Source: Cirrosporium novae-zelandiae
Lineage: Eukaryota
NCBI GenBank assembly: GCA_026023565.1
Contig: JAPETS010000007.1
Location: 806,001-870,000 of the forward strand
DNA length: 64,000 nt
Direction of reading: 5' to 3'
Below are positions 12,105 through 21,291 of the stretch, piece after piece (within the stretch, counting starts at the first letter, position 1; the number at the start of each line of letters is the position of its first letter). A model generated the notes under the pieces. That model did no database searches. It was not told the origin of the DNA and worked only from the letters and a program-made list of their open reading frames with translations. A program made the position numbers and the translations under genes.

Positions 12105-13669
12105 TTATTTCCCTTCAAGTTCCAACGATATCTTTGGAGGGGCAGAAGCCTCTTTATCAAAGCTGTCCTCAGAATCAAGTGTCCTACTTGTCATCGTAAC
12201 AGTCCACACAGTTGGAATGGCAATGATTAATGCTGCAATACACAAACCCCAGTCCATTCCGAGCTGTGTCATTGGCGATTTGTCCAAAGCATTAATCCTC
12301 CAAGCCATTGCACCCCCAGTGGCTTGGAATGTCTTGTACGCTCCGACAAGAACAGCCGCAACAGTAACAGAGTTGGATTCTGTTCCAATCAGCCAGTAAC
12401 AGAACGACTGCCAAAGTGCATCATAACCCCCGTAAAACATGTACAAGAGCATTGGTCCAGCCGAAAGCGATCCCTCGGTGTAGTCGATATCCTGTTTGAG
12501 CCCTTTCGCGAGACGCCTATCTTCCCACTTCTGGAACGCATAACCGCCACCCCAGATTGCGAAACCGGATATCATAAGCACAGCCCACCCAAGACGAGAA
12601 CGCTGTCGTCGGTTGAGGGATGGAAAATCAAGTAGGGTTCCCATCAGGAAACCACCCGCCATCTGTGCGATCCAGTACAGCGCACTGTTCAGGGACCGCG
12701 TCCGGATGTTGAAGGTTGTGCCGTTTACATTATTTTGCTGGTAGGAGTAGAACACGTTTGCGCAAAAGAAGAGAGGGAGCATGCAGATAACCCTCCAACT
12801 AGCTAGCGCATTTACCATTGGTCGTATCCTATGCATCAAAGAGCCTTTCTCGTCTTCAGGTTCTTCATGGAGTTGGGTTAATCTGACTTTCGAAGGGGGA
12901 CAGATGAACACTCCAACAACCCAACCAACAGCCATGACGACCATGAGTGCGATATAAGTGGCATCTGACACCGTCCCGCTTGATGAATGATAGTTAAGTC
13001 CGAAGCTTGCGAGAGAGCCTACACCGCCTCCGAGATTGAAGATGATCCAGAATACGGCTATAGCCCTACCCTTTTGAGATTCAGGAACATAGGTGGTCAT
13101 GATTGCTCCCTGGGAGACCCAGAGAAAGGATGCACCAACTCCAAGGAGTGCTCCAGCAGCAATGACAAATGCGCCATTTTGAGTTGCTGTGATGAAAAAG
13201 TCAGTCTATATCCCTCATCCATCAACAAACAAAAAAAATCATATAAACTTCTTTTAAACTTACAGTTAAAATTCAACAAACTCCCTGCATACAAGGCATA
13301 AGTCCAGCCCCCAAGTAGCCAGCAAAGCCTCGGACCTAGAATAGAAAACACCGGACCAACAACAAACAGTGCAGTCCCTGCGGTTGCAGAGAGAAGGGCC
13401 ACATTGGCATTGGCTGCGACAGTCGAATCAACCTGGCCGGAACCTCCTAACCCTGAAAGCGCATTGTACATCTACGCCTCGAAATTCAGTCAAGACATAT
13501 TATGGATGAATTTACTATACGGGAGGATGAAGAAGTAGCTTACGCCCGGACAACAGAAGCAGATAAAACTGATTAGTAATACCTGGGTCCATGGATGCGT
13601 GTAGAATCCAGAAAAGGAGGATGTCGGTGTCGTTTCCAGGAGTGGCGGTGTTGGCTCTGTTGCTGCCAT
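12105..13669 (-). CDS. UNC-93-like/DUF895 MFS transporter (NGT1/NOPE1-like amino-sugar transporter family)
   Basis: Exons 13669-13544, 13471-13264 and 13186-12105 splice in frame via GT-AG introns (471 aa). Motifs: QVLLISFICFCCPGMYNALSGLGG, FLWVSQGAIM, KGRAIAVFW, FNIRTRSLN. About 12 hydrophobic segments. Confidence 0.85.
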
Positions 13670-14126
13670 GGTTCCTTGAAATTTCATCCAGAGTTGGTGA
13701 AGGTGGAAATAAAAATAGTCGGTCCAGCTATACTAATAGCTAAAATGAACCTTCCCTTGTAGTCATATAGATCTGATTTCTGCTATGTTAGGGAACATGA
13801 GTATGAATTAATTATATAAATTCCGGATGTGGATTCTCAGACAACTCCCCTGCCAACTCGGCTTATCTACGCCGATAGCGCTTATCTCCTCAACACCCGA
13901 CCATGAATCCAATTAAGGAATATTGCACCGAAATGTTACATTTCAGAGAAGTATCGCCTTATCTTCTGTATTGTGTTGTAGAGCACAAGAGGTGAGGTGG
14001 TTGTCGTTGCATCGTCAATCGCATTGAAAATACTGGACGAGGTTTTGGGTTGATGGACTAATAATAGGTAACCTGGAAATTTCTCCGCATGCAGCATCTA
14101 TTCCTATATGTATCTACCACAGAAAC
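13670..14126. promoter_or_regulatory. Divergent promoter shared by the transporter and the murQ-kinase gene; GATA sites and a 15-bp palindrome
   Basis: 457 bp between head-to-head ATGs. CTTATC at 13862, 13881 and 13958, GATA at 13874, and GAAATGTTACATTTC at 13930-13944. Confidence 0.55.
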
Positions 14127-16473
14127 ATGTCACCCATCGATCTTTCAACGCTGCAGACAGAAGGTTCAAATCCTAGGAGTACTGACATTGATAAAGTATC
14201 AACTCTTGAGCTATGTCAAATTATCAACAATGAGGATGCAACAGTGGCTGCGACGGTGGCCAAATGTCTACCTATCATTGCGGCCGCCATAGACACCCTG
14301 ACACCTCGAGTTCGCTGCGGCGGACGAGTAATATATGTTGGCGCTGGCACCAGTGGAAGGTAAATATTAAATCAATCAATCAATATGTAGGAGTCAAGCT
14401 GCATAGAATTTTCCTTTTCAATTAGCCGGCTGCATAGGACTTACCAGACGTCTTCTTACAACTACAGACTAGGTGTAATCGACGCATCTGAAATACCCCC
14501 AACTTACTCAGCACCGCACGAACAATTTGTAGCACTGATAGCTGGAGGCGATGCAGCTATGCGTGTCGCTCAAGAAGGCGCAGAAGATAATATCGACCTT
14601 GCAAAAGCTGATCTACAGGTCTTGAAACTTGATCCTAGAATGGACTCTGTGATTGGCATCGCGGCCTCGGGAAGGACACCGTATGTTTTGAGCTGTCTAT
14701 CGTATGCAAAGAGTTTGGGATGTGTAACGGTGGGGGTTGCATGCACCTTCCCATCCACCATGAGCGAGTCGGGAACAGTGGATTTTATGATTAGTCCTGT
14801 TACCGGCGCCGAGGTGGTGACAGGCTCTACGAGGATGAAGGCTGGGACGGCGACAAAGCTTACGTTGAATATGCTGAGTACGGGCATAATGATTAAATTG
14901 GGAAAGACGTTTGGGAATATGGTACGTTTGCTGAAAACATGGTTATGTAGAGGATATAGAGAGTGATTAAGTCTGAGTAATTGTGAGGCTGACTGACTAT
15001 TCACTTAGATGGTAGATTTAAAAGCATCGAACCTGAAGCTACAACAACGGTCACGTAACATAATTCGAAAGCTGTGTGGCTCGCTTTGTCCTAACTCTGA
15101 CGACGAGATAGATGCTCTTATATCAAAGTGTAACGGAAGTGTTAAACTTGCACTAGTTACTTTAACTCTTAATATGTCTGTTGAAGAAAGCGCTCGGCGT
15201 ATCCAAGATGCAGAGGGAAGCCTATCAGCTGTGCTAAGGAGACATGAGGAGCAACGCCTGAAAGGTGAAATTAAAGAGAAATCCCAGATGGAGAATTTTG
15301 AGCCTGTTGACTGGGTTTTGTGTGTTGATGGCGGAGGAACGAAATGTACAGCTATGATCAAGGGACAAAATGGCGAATTTGGTGAAGGGGAGGCTGGGAA
15401 TTGCAATGTGTAAGCTTCTCAGATAACTGCTAGCTTTAGCCTGCCTCCCATTAAACTGATATATTCATAGCACCGACGTTGGTACGGATTCCGCAGTATC
15501 TTGCATCAGTACTGCAGTTCAACGAGCCCTTGATGCACTTGCTACAAAAAAAGCTTCAACCCCACTTAAACTCCAATCCATCCAATTCTCCGCCGTGCTG
15601 GTTGGCCTAGCCGGCTACGAACGACCCGGAATCCGCTCCGGTATCAACTCGGCGCTCTCAGCCCTCTTCCACCACCCGGTAGGGCTAAAACTAAAGATCA
15701 TGAACGACATTGACATGCTAGCCACGGTCGCAGGCAGCAAATTACCAGTAGGAACTTCGATGTTCGTGCTCCTAGCCGGGACGGGCAGCGTAGCTATGAG
15801 ATACCAACGTCAAGAATCGGAGTTCATCAGGACCGGACGGTCTGGAGGTTGGGGCCACGTGCTCGGAGATGATGGCGGTGGATATTGGATGGGGAGACAG
15901 GCGATCCGAGCCACATTGTTGGCGCTAGATGAACTTCGGAACGAAACTGACGGTGATGGTGGTGACGGTGGTGATGCAAGAATATCATTCCAGGATTTGG
16001 GACATCTTTCCCAGAAAGTCATGCAACACTTTGAGCTGACTGAAGAAACTGCTTCTGACTCCGACCTCCTCAGCACCATCCTCGCACCTTTGCAGTCGAA
16101 CCCCAATGCAGGTTGCCCAAACATCAAGGCCAAAGTATCCAGCGCCGCGAAGCTGGTTCTGGAAGTTGGTATCACCGATCCAATCGCCCAAGACATTATG
16201 ACCATCGGCGTCCAGGAACTCATCCAGGCCCTCAAACCCCTCCTATGTCTAACTCCAAGCACTACAGCTAGAAAAAGACCTCCCCCCGATCCTAAAAACT
16301 CCGTATTAGTCTTTGGAGGCAGCCTACTCTGCAACTTGATATATCAAAAAGCGGTTCGGCAAAAGCTAGACGAAAATGGAATCTGTTTTCTGCATGTTGA
16401 GGTTGTGAATCAGCCTGCATGGAGCGGTGCCGAGTTCCTTCGGGATTGCTGCTGGACGGGTTTTAAGAATTGA
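14127..16473 (+). CDS. murQ: N-acetylmuramic acid 6-phosphate etherase (MurQ) fused to a C-terminal BadF/BadG/BcrA/BcrD-family (MurK/NAGK-like) amino-sugar kinase
   Basis: Exons 14127-14359, 14468-14921, 15009-15409 and 15471-16473 splice to a single 696-aa ORF. MurQ motifs: [78 protein letters not shown]. Kinase motifs: [39 protein letters not shown]. Confidence 0.9.
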
Positions 16474-17764
16474 AGAAGAAATGGCTGACATTTATTAAAT
16501 TTAGGCATTTTTTTAAAGGTGGTGGGTTAGGTTGGTCTAGGGGTGGGGTGACAATAGATGGCCTGGTTTGTGGTATCGTATAGTGTAGATGGGGGTGAGG
16601 GGGGTTATCTAACTTCATCTACTATAGTAAGTACCTAGGTAGATATCGTAAACATAACTAACGGTAAATAGGGTTTCACATCTCACCAAATCCAAACCGC
16701 AAACCAGCTGATCTGCTCGTGCCAATTAAATTATAAATCAGAAAAACAAAATCTCTTCTTCTACTTCTTCCGCTACTTCTTTCCTTTTAGCACATATATA
16801 TACATCTCGATTTACTTATCTCTCTACTATTACCTACTATCAACAAAATGGGGGTTTCAACTAGTTACCCAGGTACTCACCAGGCATTGGCTGCTGGGTT
16901 TTCATTGCCGTAAACATTCCTTCCTGTCTTCCTCCCAGAGTCTAATCTACGCATTACAGATCTACCTTTTCTTTCCTTCTTTCCTCCAACACACCCTTCT
17001 CATACAATCATTAATAACTTGAAGAGAAAGAACCTGCACACATGAGCTTTGAGTTGTCCATAGATTAGTTCTTGAACTAGAAGGAAAGAGTGAAGTATAT
17101 GAAAGGAAGCAGCATGCCCTTTTTTCCCCTCCTTTCATTCACCATGTAGCACCTTGGACAAGAACTTATCCCTCGGTGACCTACTATTCTATAGTCAAAA
17201 TCATTATAACCATGACTACGAAAGGAAAGAACATTTTCAAAGAAAAGTGCCCCCGGTCCTCCTTTCCCTTTACCTTCCCCTCGAGAATTACTACCAGGCA
17301 TCTCACATAAAAATCCAGCCTGATCTAACATCCTACATCCTTCATCAACATCCGCATTCACATCATGCAATTAAGCCCCTACATTTATTTTCTTTTCATT
17401 CATTTTTTAATTTTTTTTTCTCTGCCCATATAGCATACCACTTAATAGGATATAGGCGACACCAGAGCACGACCAAGTACTATAAATTTTTGGCACTTTT
17501 GGAACCGTTGGAACTTGGTACCGGTACTTTGGACGGAGACTGTTGCGCTAGGGGCCTAAACCCAACGATAAATGGGTGGAGTGGGATCGTTGAGGAATAA
17601 TTGATTGGTTTGGGTGGGCTTTTTAGTGTGTAATACAGTGAACGAGCAACGGGAAGAGAACGTACCAGCATACACATCGCATATACACACATTGTTTTAG
17701 ACCTCGATATCTATCCATACCAAACCCCCCCCCTTTAGCCTTGGTTGTCTTTCTCACTATCAAA

Positions 17765-18484
17765 ATGTGCTACACCCGTGTCCGCCGCCGCTGCACACTC
17801 TGCGGCATCAAGGATACAATAAATATCCGCTGCAACCGCGAGGGATGCACCTCGGAAGAGATAACCGATTTTGTGTTCAGACGAATTCGAATTGCTGGGT
17901 GTAGGATCTGTCGCAATGAGCATGGTGAGTTTTTTGCGGAGCTGATGGAGAGGGAGAAGGACATGGAGAAGATATGGGTAACGAGATTTGCGAGGAGATT
18001 TCATAGAGGATGCAAGAGAGAATGGAAGAGGCTGCGATTGAGGATTAAGGAGAAGGGGAAATCTACGTGGGAACATGTGCGGCCACCTCCGAGCCCATCT
18101 TTATCTATCTCTACGCTTCCACCTTCACCTGAGTCTGCGGATCCACCTGTGCCTATGTCTACGCTTCCACCTCCAGCTGTATCTGCACGGCCATCTATAG
18201 ATGTGTCTGTACGGCCATCTATAGATGTGTCTGTACGGCCATCTATAGATGTGGCTGTACGGCCATCTATGGATGTGTCTGCACGTCTACCTACAACTGT
18301 GTCTGCACGTCCACCTCTGCATAGAGCTGTGATTTCGTTTCCGTTTGTACCTAGGCGTAGATCCCTGACCCCACCAATGGAATCTCCGGCAGAGTCTTCG
18401 GGTCAATCTCCAGCTGAAGCTTCGGCTTCAACTCGGACGAATAGGGGTAGATACATTGGATTCAGGAGGATCCCACGCCCATAG
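17765..18484 (+). CDS. Hypothetical protein with Cys-rich N-terminus (CTLCG…C…C…CRIC) and Pro/Ser-rich repeat tail
   Basis: ATG in good context (AAAATG). MCY…CxxC pattern typical of small fungal orphan proteins. Internal RPSIDVSV repeats preserve the frame. Confidence 0.5.
   Translation: MCYTRVRRRCTLCGIKDTINIRCNREGCTSEEITDFVFRRIRIAGCRICRNEHGEFFAELMEREKDMEKIWVTRFARRFHRGCKREWKRLRLRIKEKGKSTWEHVRPPPSPSLSISTLPPSPESADPPVPMSTLPPPAVSARPSIDVSVRPSIDVSVRPSIDVAVRPSMDVSARLPTTVSARPPLHRAVISFPFVPRRRSLTPPMESPAESSGQSPAEASASTRTNRGRYIGFRRIPRP
18182..18285 (+). repeat. 24-bp coding minisatellite, about 4 copies
   Basis: Unit GTACGGCCATCTATAGATGTGTCT, directly repeated with no spacers; each unit contains the palindrome CATCTATAGATG. 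Confidence 0.9.
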
Positions 18485-19684
18485 GCATGATGTCGTGTGT
18501 TATGAATTTTGTTTGCGGGATGTGATGTGTGTGTTGGATTTCGGATTCAAGAGAAGTTTTTTTTTTTTTTTCTGTGGATGTAAGGTTTGAATTATGGTTG
18601 GAATGAAGATGAAAGGTCTTTATGATGCGGATGGATGCGCTGCTGGGAGCCTATATGTGAGGCTTCGTTTTTTGTTTTTTGTTTATTGGAGTTGAATTGA
18701 GTGTGGGAATTGGGCATTATATTCATGGCCTGGTTCGTTTTTTGTTGTTGTTTATTGATGCTGATATACTAATGAGGACTGTGCTATACAGAAAAGCGAT
18801 TAGGTTTTAGGGTATATTGTTAAAAATCGGGTTAAGTAGTGAAATTGGTGCGTGCTGAGGATGTTTTTTTGTATTTCTCGTGTTTTTTTGTCATGTTGGT
18901 GTGGGGATATCGTTAGCCAACATGAGGTTACGTAGAGAAGACTCTTGATGAGCGGATCCTGAATCTTGTACGTACAGAATGAACCTCTTGTTTAAATGAT
19001 TCATTAGAGATGGTTTGGAGTCAAGTAAAGTTGGATGTTTTTTCCTTTCTTTTCTTTTTTTTTTAGTCATGGAAATGGAAATGGGATATAGGTTTGAATT
19101 CAGGTAAATAATAAATGGAAGGGGGGGGGGCGGTTATTAATTCTGGGCATGTGTATATAATATATATATATTTGTTGAGGGGAAGGGAAGAGGGTAGGTG
19201 GTTTAGAGTCATGAATATATGAATATTCAACCTCGACTCTAAATTCTCGATTCTTATTTACTTGCTGATTTTCTTATTTCTATTGAGAGACGGAGGCGTG
19301 GGATAGTGGGATAGTGGGATCGTGTTACTGTATGAATGATTTATATACTATACACTGTATAAGCCACCCTGACTAAATCTGAAATGGAATGAATGGATGG
19401 ATGAATGGCATTATTATTATTATTATTATTATTATCAAGTTTTATATTTTATTTCATAAGGTTATCTAAGCCCTAGCCTGAGCCCTAATTATCCCGATTT
19501 CTGCAAAGACTAGACCAAGCCAGATTAGATTACACCAGACCAGACCAGACCAGACCACATTAGTTAAGGGATTTGATTATTGATAAACGCTTTTCTTTTC
19601 TTTTCTTTTCTTTTCTTTATTGTTTTATTTGAAAATGTGAAAACTTGGAAATGCTGAAATGCTGAAATTGGGGGAGGGGTCATA

Positions 19685-19727
<43 letters not shown>
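19685..19727. repeat. Poly-G homopolymer (about 43 nt)
   Basis: Uninterrupted G run in an intergenic region. Confidence 0.95.
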
Positions 19728-19728
<1 letters not shown>

Positions 19729-21291
19729 GGAGTGGTGAGAGAGATAAAAGGATAAAAGATATGGAAGATAAGATGGGATGGAAGGTTTTGGGGATTGAGA
19801 GAGGGAGAAGGGAAAGGGGTGGTGAGATCTTGATTGATTCCCTATCTATCCATCCGCCTATCCATCTATTTGGTCTCTCTCTCGTCCAAATACAGACATA
19901 CAGATTTCCCTTTTCTTCCTTTAACCCTTCCTTGTTAAGATGGTAGTGTTCCCATTCCTGATTCCCATTTCCATTCCTTACCCTCTCAAAAAACAAAACA
20001 AATAAATCTCTAAATCTTAAAGAAGGTTCCCGTTCCGTGCCAGTGTCACTGCCAGCCGTGCTAATGGTTTCTTTTCGTTATGTGTGTGCTATGCTGTGTT
20101 TTGACATATATACTGTACCCCTCAAATCGAAGGGGATGGGATGGGATTTTATGTGTATGGTTGAGGGATGGATTAAAGACTGGACACTCAATAGTGAACA
20201 CCTGAACTGCCAGGGAGTGATTAGTCTTGTCGGTCTAATTTAGTATTGCATTTGCATTTCCTTTGATTGATTGATTGATGGTTAGGAGTTACAAACTCTA
20301 TACTCTATATTCCATCTTAAAGCGTCTCTCTCTCCTTATATAAATAATAAATAAAAAAATAAAAATTGGATTGGTTGTTGGAGAGGGGGGGGGGGTGAAA
20401 GATAGAGAGGATGGATAGATTGAATAATGAAGACGGGAAGACTGAATTTCCTCGGGGCGGCGGGGCGGATTGAACTGGTCGGGCCTGATCTGATTCTATT
20501 CCTCCGGTAGAGTAAATAACATGACATGTAGGTTCGTGGATCGTGGTATATAATATATCGAGTAATTATTTCAGATTCCTAGTCTCATAGTCTCGGTTTT
20601 ACATTGATGGATGGATGGATGGATGGATGGGGTGGATAATTGGGAGTTTGGAGTTACATACTCTATACTCCATACTTTCATCTTGAAAAATCCCTCTTCT
20701 ACCTAAATAAAAAATAGAAATTAGAGTAAGAAAATAAGAATCAGAATAAGAATTATATAACTATATCGAGGGGGTTTAGTGTACTTTATAAAACAAACAA
20801 ATAAACAAACAATACCTATTCCTATTCCTATTTCTATTCCATTTCGCATACGTACATGTACATGTACCTATATACCAGAAAGAGAAATAGAAATAGAAAT
20901 AAAAAGTTGGATGGAGACCTGGTTGGTTGTTTCGTGTGAGGAATTTTTGTTCTTTGAGTATATATGGACATGGACATGGGATATTGGTGGAAAGTGGGAA
21001 GGGGGTGGTGGAAGATGGATGGGTTTTGGGAGGGGATTGGATGTGGTTATATATGTATATATGTAGACATGGAGAGAGAGATGAGGCACATAGGCTAGGG
21101 CTCGAAGCACCTACAGCACCGATGAACTTTTACATTGAGAGGAAAATCCAATTTTTGTGAAATAATCTAGGCTAGGGTTCTAGCGACTTTCAAAACTAAT
21201 TACACTTCCATATTAAGACGAAAAACTCCAACTTTTATAAGGAAATCTAGACTACATGCATGTATGTTGGACTCTCCCATTCCTACGCCCC

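Noticed and set aside
10094..16473. Bacterial contamination or chimeric assembly as the source of murQ and the beta-lactamase-like gene
   Set aside because: The murQ fusion and the transporter carry canonical spliceosomal introns, and the flanks are continuous fungal-type sequence.
18500..21250. Short ORFs in the low-complexity spacer (e.g. the poly-Pro ORF 19625-19996)
   Set aside because: Produced by homopolymers and microsatellites; no coding signature.
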